DNA of 64,000 bases, from contig CBDCYF010000005.1 of the NCBI GenBank assembly GCA_965224065.1, positions 2,175,616 through 2,239,615 on the forward strand. Direction: 5' to 3'. The notes under the pieces are model-generated. The model was not told where the DNA came from. It saw only the letters and a program-made list of their open reading frames with translations, and ran no database searches. The stretch's first letter is position 1. Every line of letters starts with the position of its first letter. A program made the translations under genes and the position numbers. Shown one piece after another: positions 34,976-44,138 of the stretch. This DNA comes from Candidatus Multivoradales bacterium. GTDB lineage: Bacteria > Acidobacteriota > Thermoanaerobaculia > Multivoradales > JAHEKO01.

Positions 34976-36044
34976 AGGGAACGGCAGGCGCCTCAAAGAT
35001 GCTCTTGGGCAGGTGCATGGCCACCAGCATGTGGGGCACGTCGACGGTCTCGGCGATTTTCAGGTCGCCGGCCAGCGAGCAGAGCATGTAAGCGTCGTTC
35101 CGGCTGAGGCCGCGGGTCTCGACGAGGTAGTCGATCATGTATCGGGTGGCCTTTTTCGCCGCCTCGTCGATGGTGGTGGCAAAGCCGGTGGTGGCGTAGT
35201 AGGTGTCGGTCTCGTACTGGGGCTCTTGGATGGACCGGTCGCCCTCGACCACGCTGACCCGGTAGACGATCCGCATGGGGGTCTCGATGGCGGTGCCGGA
35301 GACTTCACCCAGGCCCTGTGCGCCGTGGGTATCGCCGATCGAGAACAGCGCGCCCTCGACAAAGACCGGGAAGTAGACGGTGGTGCCGGCCACCAGGTGG
35401 GGGTCGTCCATGTTGCCGCCGTTAGCGCGCGGCGGGATGGTGTTCAGCATTTCATCGGTGTCCGGGGCCACGCCCATGACACCGGGAAAGGGCCGAAGCG
35501 GAACGGTGATGCCTTCGGCGTACTCCAGAACGCCTCGCTCTTTGTCGAGTGGAAAGATCTTGAGCACCGACTCCTGGAACTCCTCCGCCAGGAAGCCAAA
35601 GCCCGGGGCGATGGCCATCCAGCCCCAGTCGGCGGTCTCGAGTTCGAGCAACTCGACCGCCAGGACATCGCCCGGCCGGGCGTCTTCGACATAGACCGGT
35701 CCGGTCAGGGTGTGAATCCGGTCCATGTCGAGGGTGGCGAGATCGTCTGGGGTCGAGTCGGGGCCGAACTGGCCGCCGGTGGCCTCGTGGGTGGAGACTT
35801 CGATGACGCTTCCCGAGGGAACACGGATGGCGGGCGGGATCGAGCGGCTGAACTTGTCGTGGGTCTGATCGGCGGTGAGGACGAAATCGGGCTCGGGGAC
35901 CTTCGACTCCGCTGCCGGTTCCGCCGCGGGCGCCGGCTCGGAAGCCGTCGGGGCCTGGGTGCAGGCGCCGAGAAGCACCAGGCAAACGGCCACGGACGCG
36001 CAAACGGCGCCGACGTCGAGACGAGGATTGTTGGACGTCATCAT
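34974..36044 (-). CDS. acetamidase/formamidase (FmdA_AmdA)-family lipoprotein
   Basis: 356 aa. Lipoprotein signal MMTSNNPRLDVGAVCASVAVCLVLLGAC. Strong FmdA/AmdA family pattern (GPVYVEDA, GGNMDD, FSIGDTHGAQG). Confidence 0.75.
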   Translation of the reverse strand: MMTSNNPRLDVGAVCASVAVCLVLLGACTQAPTASEPAPAAEPAAESKVPEPDFVLTADQTHDKFSRSIPPAIRVPSGSVIEVSTHEATGGQFGPDSTPDDLATLDMDRIHTLTGPVYVEDARPGDVLAVELLELETADWGWMAIAPGFGFLAEEFQESVLKIFPLDKERGVLEYAEGITVPLRPFPGVMGVAPDTDEMLNTIPPRANGGNMDDPHLVAGTTVYFPVFVEGALFSIGDTHGAQGLGEVSGTAIETPMRIVYRVSVVEGDRSIQEPQYETDTYYATTGFATTIDEAAKKATRYMIDYLVETRGLSRNDAYMLCSLAGDLKIAETVDVPHMLVAMHLPKSIFEAPAVP

Positions 36045-36063
36045 TTTTTGTGACCGGGTCAGC

Positions 36064-36468
36064 CTAGTGCGGGTGGTCGTCTTCCATGAATAGAATCTTG
36101 ACCCCGTCCGGGTCGTGGGTCTCGAAGACCAGCTTGCCGTCGGCGAGGTGTTTCAATCCGCCCGGGATGTTTTTCTCGCGAAAGATCAGATCTTCGTAGG
36201 CCTTCTCGGCCGACGGCACCGACAGGGTCAGGGTCATCTTGTGCAACGGGCCCTGGTAGGAGAACTCGTCCTCACCCAGCGACCCCGCCGGCACCGACGG
36301 CCGCCCACGGACTTCGACCAGCCCGGAACCGGCCTGAAACACCGCTCCACGTCCGTTCTCGCCATCCCAGCTCGCGATCCCGGGCAACCCCAGGACCTCG
36401 CCGTAGAAACGCGCGGTCTGAACAAAATCGCGGACCCGCAAGACGACCCGAAACTCTTGGATTTCCAT
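36064..36468 (-). CDS. VOC-family (glyoxalase/bleomycin-resistance fold) protein
   Basis: 134 aa. VLRVRDFVQTARFYGEVLGL ... paired beta-alpha-beta-beta-beta module pattern. Confidence 0.6.
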   Translation of the reverse strand: MEIQEFRVVLRVRDFVQTARFYGEVLGLPGIASWDGENGRGAVFQAGSGLVEVRGRPSVPAGSLGEDEFSYQGPLHKMTLTLSVPSAEKAYEDLIFREKNIPGGLKHLADGKLVFETHDPDGVKILFMEDDHPH

Positions 36469-36517
36469 GCCTTAGCTCTCCCCGGCGCCGGATTGCCGGT
36501 GGTATCCTCGACCCGCC

Positions 36518-38032
36518 GTGGGCCGCTCCACCCTTCGTCTCTTCCTCTCCATCTTACTGCCGATCGCGTTGTTTTCGGGAGCGGTGACCGCGCGTGAGGT
36601 CATCAAGCCCCCGGCGATCGTCGAGGCGGGTTTTGCGGACGCCCGGCTCCCCGGAAACCGCGGCCCGGTGAGCTACTCGCGGACCGCGTTCGGGCCGCTG
36701 GTCTCGCTGGCGCCGATCGTCGCGGCGCTCGGCGGCAACCTCGATGTCGGGCCGCTGCGGCAGAGGCACGAGCTGACGATCGGCGAGGAGAGTTTTTTGT
36801 TTGGTCCCGGCGCTTCCGCGGTGACCGTCGGGCAGGAGATCGACGACCTGAGCCAGCCGCCTCAGAAGGGGCCGGAAGGGCTCCAGGTGCCGCTCGATCT
36901 GCTCGAGATGATCTATGGGCGTCTGCTGGGCTATGACTTCCGGTGGCGGCCGACCGGACCTCAGCTCGAAGTCTCCCGGCGCCCGGCCCGCACGATCCCG
37001 CTGGTGTTCGACATTGTCAACCTACAAGGCGTGACGACGCTGGTGTTTCAGTTCCCGAGCCCGCCCCGGTATCGCATCGAGCGTTCGCCCTCGCGCCTCG
37101 AGGTCGAGATGATCGGCGACCGGCTGGAGCTGGGATCGAAGCGCTTGTTCCCCGCCGACGACCTGGTCCGCGACGTCCGCCTGACGCCGGAGAAGATCTT
37201 GATCGACCTGGCTCCCGGCACTGTCGCCCAGGACTACGAGCTGGAGCAGCCGTTCCGGCTGGTTTTCGACGTGCTGCGCGATACCGGCTCGGGCCGGCGC
37301 ACGGCGGCTAATGTGCCGCGGCGCAGTCCGCGGCGGGCTTCCTCGATCCGCACCATCGTTCTCGACCCCGGCCACGGGGGCACCGACCCCGGGGCTCGCG
37401 GGCCGGGCGGGACCGAGGAGAAAACCCTCACTCTGGCACTCGCTCGCTCGCTCAAACAGAGGCTCGAGCAGCGCCTGCCGGTGCGCGTCGTGCTCACCCG
37501 GACCGGGGACTCGCTGCTCCCCCACGACACCCGCTCGGCGCTGGCCAACCAGCACAAGGCCGACCTCTTTATCTCGGTGCACATCAACTCATCGCCGGCG
37601 GCCGGCGCCAGCGGCGCGGAGACCTATTTCGCCAGCCTCGAAGCCAGCGACGAGCGCGCCGCCGAGGCGGCGACGGCCGCAAACCACGGCGACCCGCTCT
37701 ACGATCTTCAACTGATCCTGTGGGATCTGGCGCAGAGCCGCCATCTGGCCGAGAGCCAGCGGTTCGCATCGCTGATTCAAGCCGAGCTCAACGACACGCT
37801 CAACTTGAAGAACCGCGGCGTCAAGCAAGCGCCCTTCCGAGTTCTCATGGGCGCCGCGATGCCCGCGGTTCTGGTCGAACTGGGCTTCCTGAGCAACCCC
37901 CGGGAAGAGTCGCGTCTGGGAGACCCGGAGTACCGCGCCCGGCTGGTCGACGCCCTGGCCCGCGCGGTCGGACGTTACAAGGCCCAGATCGAAGGCGTCC
38001 CGGCGACGTCGCAAGATACGACCGGTCGATGA
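36518..38032 (+). CDS. N-acetylmuramoyl-L-alanine amidase (Amidase_3, AmiC-like) with N-terminal AMIN-like domain
   Basis: Signal peptide. Catalytic domain IVLDPGHGGTDPGARGP...LFISVHINS...RVLMGAAMPAVLVELGFLSN. Confidence 0.8.
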   Translation: MGRSTLRLFLSILLPIALFSGAVTAREVIKPPAIVEAGFADARLPGNRGPVSYSRTAFGPLVSLAPIVAALGGNLDVGPLRQRHELTIGEESFLFGPGASAVTVGQEIDDLSQPPQKGPEGLQVPLDLLEMIYGRLLGYDFRWRPTGPQLEVSRRPARTIPLVFDIVNLQGVTTLVFQFPSPPRYRIERSPSRLEVEMIGDRLELGSKRLFPADDLVRDVRLTPEKILIDLAPGTVAQDYELEQPFRLVFDVLRDTGSGRRTAANVPRRSPRRASSIRTIVLDPGHGGTDPGARGPGGTEEKTLTLALARSLKQRLEQRLPVRVVLTRTGDSLLPHDTRSALANQHKADLFISVHINSSPAAGASGAETYFASLEASDERAAEAATAANHGDPLYDLQLILWDLAQSRHLAESQRFASLIQAELNDTLNLKNRGVKQAPFRVLMGAAMPAVLVELGFLSNPREESRLGDPEYRARLVDALARAVGRYKAQIEGVPATSQDTTGR

Positions 38033-38613
38033 ACCGCGGCATCGCCAACTACCTGCTGGCGTCGATCTTCGCCGTGGGGCTCGTCGGGATCGGCATCTGG
38101 CTGTGGACGACAAAAGGCGACGCGTCCGGCGCAGGCGGGGGACGCGGCGACGACTCGGCCCGCCTCGGCAGGACGGCGCAGTTGATGTTCCCCGGTCCGG
38201 GAAACATGCTCCACACCGAGACCCGGGAGCTCGACGAAGCCTCCGATGAGGAGGAAAGACTTCGCCGGCTGGTGGAAGCGCTTCTCGAGGGTCCGCAAAC
38301 CGAAGGGCTTTTTCGGCCCTTCCCCGAGGGAATCGAGCTGGCCTCGATCCTGATCGCAACCGACGGCACCGCGATCGTCGATCTGGCTTCGAGCGAGGGT
38401 GGCCCGCCTCCGTCCTCGGGATCGACCGAGGAGCTGCTCGCCGTCTACAGCCTGGTCAATACGGTGCTGCTCGACGCGCCCGATCTGCGCCGTGTCGCCC
38501 TGCTATGGAACGGGCAGCATCGCCCGACGCTCGCCGGACACGTCGATCTGACCCGGCCGCTCGGCCTCGCCCGCCAACTGATCGCCGGCGAGCCCTCGCC
38601 CGCCGCTTCGTGA
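38029..38613 (+). CDS. GerMN-domain protein (membrane-anchored)
   Basis: ATGA overlap with the amidase stop. N-terminal TM helix. GerMN-like pattern LFRPFPEGIELASILIATDGTAIVDL...LVNTVLL. Confidence 0.55.
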   Translation: MNRGIANYLLASIFAVGLVGIGIWLWTTKGDASGAGGGRGDDSARLGRTAQLMFPGPGNMLHTETRELDEASDEEERLRRLVEALLEGPQTEGLFRPFPEGIELASILIATDGTAIVDLASSEGGPPPSSGSTEELLAVYSLVNTVLLDAPDLRRVALLWNGQHRPTLAGHVDLTRPLGLARQLIAGEPSPAAS

Positions 38614-39401
38614 GCCGCTCGATCGGCGTCTTTGACTCCGGTGTCGGAGGGCTGACCGTGGTCGAAGCCCTGCGCCGCCGGCTGCCGGACGAGCCCATCC
38701 TCTACCTGGGCGACACGGCTCGGCTTCCCTACGGCACCAAGTCGGCCGACACCGTGGTGCGCTACACCCGGCGCAACTTGTCCTTTCTCGCCGAGCGCGG
38801 GGTCAAGGCCATCGTCGTCGCCTGCAACACCGCGTCGGCGCTCGCTCTTGCCCACATCGATTCTCCCGTGCCGGTCTGGGGAGTGGTCGAGGCGGGTGCG
38901 GCGGAGGCGGCAAAAGTCAGCGCGGGGAGTGTCGGTGTGCTCGCCACCGAGACGACCGTGCGCTCGGGCGCCTACCCGCGCGCGATCCAAAGGCGGCGGC
39001 CCGAGCTCGAGGTCCACAGCCAATCGTGCGCGCTCTTTGTGCCCCTGGTGGAAGAGGGCTGGCAGGATGACCCGGTGGCGGTCGAGATCGCTCGACGCTA
39101 TCTGGAGCCGCTGCTTGCGGCCGGCGTCGACACCTTGGTCCTCGGGTGCACCCACTACCCGCTGCTCGAGAAGACGATCCGCCGGGTCGCCGGACCCGAG
39201 ACACGGTTGGTGAGCTCGGCCGAATCGGCGGCGGCGCGGGTCGCGGCAGATCTCGAGGGTCTGGGCCTGGCGGCGGGGCCGAGCGAACCGGACGCTGGGC
39301 GGGTTCATCTGTGCATGACCGACAATGCGGAGCGGTTCGAGGCGATGGCGCGGCGGATTTTGGGGGAGTTGGAGCGGCCCCCGGAGCATGTCGACGTGTA
39401 G
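38610..39401 (+). CDS. murI: glutamate racemase
   Basis: GTG at 38610 overlapping the upstream TGA. IGVFDSGVGGLTV, VVACNTAS, LVLGCTHYPLL catalytic-Cys motifs. Confidence 0.85.
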   Translation: MSRSIGVFDSGVGGLTVVEALRRRLPDEPILYLGDTARLPYGTKSADTVVRYTRRNLSFLAERGVKAIVVACNTASALALAHIDSPVPVWGVVEAGAAEAAKVSAGSVGVLATETTVRSGAYPRAIQRRRPELEVHSQSCALFVPLVEEGWQDDPVAVEIARRYLEPLLAAGVDTLVLGCTHYPLLEKTIRRVAGPETRLVSSAESAAARVAADLEGLGLAAGPSEPDAGRVHLCMTDNAERFEAMARRILGELERPPEHVDV

Positions 39402-39404
39402 CGG

Positions 39405-39525
39405 CGCGGGCCGGGGCAAGCCCGGCCCCTACACGGTCGAAACGAGTGCGAAGCGGCCGGCGCCTCTGCCGGCCGTTTGGGCCGCCGCCCCTGGCGGCCG
39501 TTCGGACACCGCAACCAGCCGGTGA
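39405..39525. repeat. REP/BIME-like unit (GGGCCGGGGCAAGCCCGGCCCCTACA + CGAAGCGGCCGGCGCCTCTGCCGGCCG modules)
   Basis: Intergenic murI-rph. Confidence 0.5.
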
Positions 39526-39553
39526 TCCCGCAGCGTCGTAGAATGACGGCCCC

Positions 39554-40372
39554 ATGAGCGACGCGACCCGACCCGCCGGCCGAAGCGACGACGCCCTTCG
39601 CGACATCGGCATCGCGCTCGGCGCGATGAAGTTCGCCGACGGCTCGGCGCAGATCGACGCCGGCGACACCCGCGTGCTCGTCGGGGCGACGATCGAGAAC
39701 CGCGTGCCCCCGTTTCTCATCGATTCCGGCAAGGGCTGGGCCACCGCCGAGTACGCGATGCTGCCGCGCGCCACCTCGACCCGCTCGCGCCGCGAGGTCA
39801 CCCGCGGCCGGCCCTCCGGCCGCAGCTCGGAGATCCAACGCCTGATCGGCCGCAGCCTGCGCGCGGGGCTGGATCTGACCGCACTGGGCGAGCGTACGTT
39901 GATCCTCGACTGCGACGTCTTGCAGGCCGACGGCGGAACGCGAACCGCGGCGATCACCGGCGCTTACGTCGCGGCGGTCGAGGCGCTTTCCGGGATCCTG
40001 CTGGCCGGCGACATCGACCGCTGGCCGGTGATCCGTCAGATCGCCGCGGTCTCGGTGGGCATCGTCGACGGACGGCCGCTTCTGGATCTCGAGGCGAGCG
40101 AAGACCAGCGGGCCGACGTGGACATGAACGTGGTCGCCACCTCGGAGGGCGAGATCGTCGAAGTTCAGGGCACCGGCGAGGGGCGGAGCTTTACCCGCGG
40201 AGAGCACGATCGCCTCGTGGACCTGGCGCTCGAGGGCATCGCCGAGCTGGTGCGGCGGCAAAACAAAGCGCTGGCCCCGGTGATGGCCGAGGTCGAGGCG
40301 GTGCTCGCCAAGGGAAGCCGGCGCCCGGCGCCGCCCAAAGACGAGCGCGACGTCTGGGACCGGCCGCGGTAA
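39554..40372 (+). CDS. rph: ribonuclease PH
   Basis: 272 aa. Canonical RNase PH sequence (TRSRREVTRGR, LDCDVLQADGGTRTAAITGA). Confidence 0.9.
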   Translation: MSDATRPAGRSDDALRDIGIALGAMKFADGSAQIDAGDTRVLVGATIENRVPPFLIDSGKGWATAEYAMLPRATSTRSRREVTRGRPSGRSSEIQRLIGRSLRAGLDLTALGERTLILDCDVLQADGGTRTAAITGAYVAAVEALSGILLAGDIDRWPVIRQIAAVSVGIVDGRPLLDLEASEDQRADVDMNVVATSEGEIVEVQGTGEGRSFTRGEHDRLVDLALEGIAELVRRQNKALAPVMAEVEAVLAKGSRRPAPPKDERDVWDRPR

Positions 40373-40382
40373 CAAAGGGTCC

Positions 40383-40650
40383 CGGGCTCACTCGTGTAGG
40401 GGCAGGGCTTGCCCCGGCCCAAACGGCCGCCAGAGGCGGCGGCCGCTTCAGAGACAGTCCAATGTTGAAGCGGCTGGCGACTCTGCCAGCCGGTAAGGCG
40501 GCGGCGGCTTCTTTCTTTAGGTAGGGGCCGGGCTTGCCCCGGCCCAAACGGCCGCCAGAGGCAGCAGCCGCTTCAGAGACAGTCCAATGTCGAAGCGGTT
40601 GGCGACTCTGCCAGCCGGTAAGGCGGCGGCCGCTTCAGATCCTTCGGGCT
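40383..40650. repeat. two tandem ~123-bp composite REP/BIME-like units
   Basis: GTAGGGGC(A/C)GGGCTTGCCCCGGCCC + GGCCGCCAGAGGC(G/A)GC(G/A)GCCGCTTCAG + GAAGCGG(C/T)TGGCGACTCTGCCAGCCGG, repeated twice. Confidence 0.5.
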
Positions 40651-40657
40651 TCCGCCG

Positions 40658-41674
40658 CTACAGCACCGTCCCGGACACGTCGACCTCGACCACCGGCTGC
40701 AGCCGGCTGGAGGTTTGGAGCCGGACCTTGCCCTCGAACGGACCCTTTTGCATCTCGGGATCGAGTGTCAGGCGCAGGCGGAACTTCTTGCCACCCTCGA
40801 CCTCTTCGACGTCGGCCGCCAGGCCTTCGATGTCGGCGCTCGCCGAAGTCACCGAAACGTTCGCCGAGCTCAAGTTCTCGACTTCCAGGAAGGCGCTGTA
40901 CGGCCCATCCAGCTCCCGGCGCCCAAAGTCGGCGGTCCGCGGCCGCACCGCGATCACCGGCCTGACAAACCCCGACACCGGCAGCTCGACCGTCCTGCGC
41001 TTTGGCTGGTTGGTGCGAATTCGCACAAAGTCGGCCATCGGCCCCACCGGCGCATCGTCGGCCAGGGCGATGACGATTTTCCATTGCCGGTCCGGTCCGT
41101 CGGAACGCCGCTCGGCCTCGGTGGCTTCGCGGTAGGACACATCCAGAAACGGGTAGGGCGAGTCCACCGACTGGATCTCCATCGGCGGACCTTCGGTCGC
41201 CCACAACAGGTGCTCGCTCGACGGGTGTTTTTCACCGACCACCACGACAAACCGTGCGTAGACCGGCTGCAGCTCGAACTGCGGCCGCACGTCGGCCTTG
41301 ACCACCAGGCTGATCCGCGGATTGGTGGGATCGGTGGTGAAAACGGTGACCGACTTGGCGATCGGACCGCGAAAATCCTTGGTCTCGATCCGGGTCACCA
41401 CCCGCCCGCTCCGCCCCGGCGAGATCGTGCGGTCGTACTCAGCGACCGCGCAGCCGCAGGACGCGGTGACGTCGCGGATGCGCAGGGCCTCGTTGCCGTC
41501 GTTGCGGATCTCGAAGGTGTGCTCGACGGTGTCCCCCTTGTCGACCGAGCCGACGTCGTGGACCGGCGAGACCGGAACCGCCCGCGGCTGGGCCGACGCC
41601 GGGGCCGACACGAGAGCAAAACACACCGCGGTCAACAGGAAAAACGCTTTTCGTCGCAAGGCTTTGACCTCCAA
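40658..41674 (-). CDS. secreted DUF1573 (Ig-like fold) domain protein
   Basis: Signal peptide MEVKALRRKAFFLLTAVCFALVSAPASAQ. DUF1573-like motif GDTVEHTFEIRNDGNEALRIRDVTASCGC. Confidence 0.6.
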   Translation of the reverse strand: MEVKALRRKAFFLLTAVCFALVSAPASAQPRAVPVSPVHDVGSVDKGDTVEHTFEIRNDGNEALRIRDVTASCGCAVAEYDRTISPGRSGRVVTRIETKDFRGPIAKSVTVFTTDPTNPRISLVVKADVRPQFELQPVYARFVVVVGEKHPSSEHLLWATEGPPMEIQSVDSPYPFLDVSYREATEAERRSDGPDRQWKIVIALADDAPVGPMADFVRIRTNQPKRRTVELPVSGFVRPVIAVRPRTADFGRRELDGPYSAFLEVENLSSANVSVTSASADIEGLAADVEEVEGGKKFRLRLTLDPEMQKGPFEGKVRLQTSSRLQPVVEVDVSGTVL

Positions 41675-41733
41675 ATCGAGTCCGAGCGCAATGCTATACT
41701 GACCGCAACTCGACGCAAACCGCGCCCCGCAGC

Positions 41734-43146
41734 TTGGACATCTATCTCATCGCCATCGGCGGCACCGGAGTCGCGCCGCTGGCTTGTCTCCTCCAGGAGG
41801 AGGGCCACCGGGTGAGCGGCTCCGACGGCCCGCTCTACCCGCCGATGAGCACGCTCCTCGAGTCCACCGGCATCGAGATCCATCAAGGCTACGATGCCGC
41901 GCACCTCGATCCGGCCCCCGATCTCGTGGTGGTCGGCAACGCGGTGCCGCGCACCAACCCGGAAGCCGAGGAGGTCGAGCGGCTCGGTCTCGAGCGCGTC
42001 TCGATGCCCGAGGCGCTGTATCGCTTCTTTCTCGAGGACCGCAAGCCGCTGGTGGTCTCGGGAACCCACGGCAAGACCACCACCACGGCGATGGCGGCCT
42101 GGGTCTACCTCGAGTGCGACGCCGACCCGGGGTTTCTGATCGGCGGTCTGCCCAAGGATCTGAGCCGCAACTTCCGGCGTGGCCGGGGCGAGCGCTTCAT
42201 TCTGGAGGGCGATGAGTACAACGCCGCCTATTTCGATCGCGGGCCCAAGTTCTTCCACTACCGGCCCGAGACCCTGATCCTCACCAGTGTCGAGTTCGAC
42301 CACGCGGATCTCTATCCCGACGCCGAGGCGGTCGAAGCCGTCTTTGTCGAACTGGTCGAGCGGATGCCGGACGACGGTCTGTTGATCGCCTGCGGTGACT
42401 CACCCGATGTGCGACGGGTTGCCGGGCACGCCCGTTGCCGGACTCTCTTCTACGGTCTGGAGCACGACAACGATCTTCACCCCACGGCCACGCCCGATAC
42501 CGACGCCGATTCGACCCGTTTCGAGCTCCTCGATCCCGACGCCGGGGAGGTCACCGTCCGGCTGGGGCTGGCCGGTCATCACAATGTGCAGAACGCGCTG
42601 GCGGTCTGGGCGGCCGCGCGCGCCGACGGTCTTCCGGCCGAGGCCGTGGCGGCGGCGCTGGGGAGCTTTGGCGGCGTCAAGCGGCGTCTCGAGCTGGTCG
42701 GCCGGCCCCGCGGCATCGCGGTGATGGACGACTTCGCCCACCACCCCACCGCGGTGTCCAAGACGCTCCAGGCGCTCAAGGCCCGCTTCCCGTTTCGCCG
42801 CCTGCTGGCGGCCTTCGAGCCGCGCTCCTTGACCACCGCCCGCAATCTGTTCTTCTCCGAGTATTGCGAGGCCTTTACTCACGCCGACCGGGTTTTCTTT
42901 GCGCCGATCTACCACGCGGCCCGCTTCGAGCCCCACGAGCAGCTCGATCTCGAAGGGATCGCGCGCCACTTGGCCCGCCATGGCAAGCGCACCGTGCTGA
43001 CGGCAACGACCGACGAGCTGCTGGCGCGGCTCACCGCCGAAGCGGAGCCCGGCGATGTGATCGTGACCATGTCCTCGGGCAGCTTCGACGGCCTGCCCCA
43101 CCGGCTGGCGGCCGCACTCGAGGAGGAGTCTCAGGCCTCGTCCTAA
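41734..43146 (+). CDS. mpl: UDP-N-acetylmuramate:L-alanyl-gamma-D-glutamyl-meso-diaminopimelate ligase (murein peptide ligase)
   Basis: 470 aa. MDIYLIAIGGTGVAPLA, VSGTHGKTTTTAM P-loop, Mur-ligase middle and C domains. Mpl-like N-terminal pattern rather than MurC. Confidence 0.8.
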   Translation: MDIYLIAIGGTGVAPLACLLQEEGHRVSGSDGPLYPPMSTLLESTGIEIHQGYDAAHLDPAPDLVVVGNAVPRTNPEAEEVERLGLERVSMPEALYRFFLEDRKPLVVSGTHGKTTTTAMAAWVYLECDADPGFLIGGLPKDLSRNFRRGRGERFILEGDEYNAAYFDRGPKFFHYRPETLILTSVEFDHADLYPDAEAVEAVFVELVERMPDDGLLIACGDSPDVRRVAGHARCRTLFYGLEHDNDLHPTATPDTDADSTRFELLDPDAGEVTVRLGLAGHHNVQNALAVWAAARADGLPAEAVAAALGSFGGVKRRLELVGRPRGIAVMDDFAHHPTAVSKTLQALKARFPFRRLLAAFEPRSLTTARNLFFSEYCEAFTHADRVFFAPIYHAARFEPHEQLDLEGIARHLARHGKRTVLTATTDELLARLTAEAEPGDVIVTMSSGSFDGLPHRLAAALEEESQASS

Positions 43147-44063
43147 AGACCGGCTCGAGCAAGCGCGTTCTCGAGGATCAGCCCGTCGTGGAAATTCTCG
43201 ATCCCGAGCTCCGCCGGGGAGCTACTTTCCAGGGCCTCGCCCGGTATGAGACCCACCAGCTCGGTTCCAACGACCCGAGTCTCCCGACGGGCCGCTTCGC
43301 GCTCGACGGCCTCCAGCGCGCGCGCCGGTGAGGTCACCCGGTAATCGACCAGGTTCATGCTCACTTGAGCGCAACCGCGAGATTCGAGCGCGACCCCGAT
43401 CGCCTTGAGCGCCGGCAACCCACCGCTCGCAGTACGCACCCGGCGGGCAATCGCGCGAGCTACGCGCACGTCGTCTGTGTCCAGGAAAGCGTTGAAAGCC
43501 ACCAGAAAGTCCCGGGCGCCGACCGCTACGGCCCCGGCGCTCGGATGGAGGCCGGCGGGACCAAAATCCGGCTCGCCACCCACCCGCGCCAACCGCTGGG
43601 CGACGCCACGCAGCCCGTCTTGTCTCAGCGCCGAAAGCTCCGCTCTCTCCGGCCGGCGGGCGGCCCGGCCATAGAGAAAAACGGGCAGCTCGAACCTCCG
43701 GGCCGCGCGCTCGGCCAGTGAGAGCGCCGTCCGTACCGCGACCGCCATCGGAGCGTCGCGAAGCGGCACAAACGGCACCACGTCGACGGCGCCGATTCGT
43801 GGATGGACTCCCGACTGCCGCCGCAGATCGATCCGGTCCACGGCCACCGCCATCAATTCCTCCAGGACCTCGACCAGCGGCTCGGGGCTTCCCGCCAGCG
43901 TCAGGACGGTTCGATTGTGGTCGAGGTCGGAGCTGCGATCGAGAAGGTGGGCGCCCGCCACGGACCCCGCCACCTCGCCCAACCGTTCGATCACTTCCGG
44001 CCGCCGGCCCTCGCTGAAGTTGGGAACGCACTCCAGGATCGCGTCAGAGGACGACCGTTTCAC
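43143..44063 (-). CDS. ftcD: glutamate formimidoyltransferase (formiminotransferase domain)
   Basis: ILECVPNFSEGR N-terminal signature and duplicated FT sub-domains. Confidence 0.75.
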   Translation of the reverse strand: MKRSSSDAILECVPNFSEGRRPEVIERLGEVAGSVAGAHLLDRSSDLDHNRTVLTLAGSPEPLVEVLEELMAVAVDRIDLRRQSGVHPRIGAVDVVPFVPLRDAPMAVAVRTALSLAERAARRFELPVFLYGRAARRPERAELSALRQDGLRGVAQRLARVGGEPDFGPAGLHPSAGAVAVGARDFLVAFNAFLDTDDVRVARAIARRVRTASGGLPALKAIGVALESRGCAQVSMNLVDYRVTSPARALEAVEREAARRETRVVGTELVGLIPGEALESSSPAELGIENFHDGLILENALARAGL

Positions 44064-44138
44064 GGCCGCACTGTACCGAACCCGATCTGCTAATATTTCG
44101 GCTCCCCACCGCGGTTGCGGCTAAGGGATTTCTCTACA

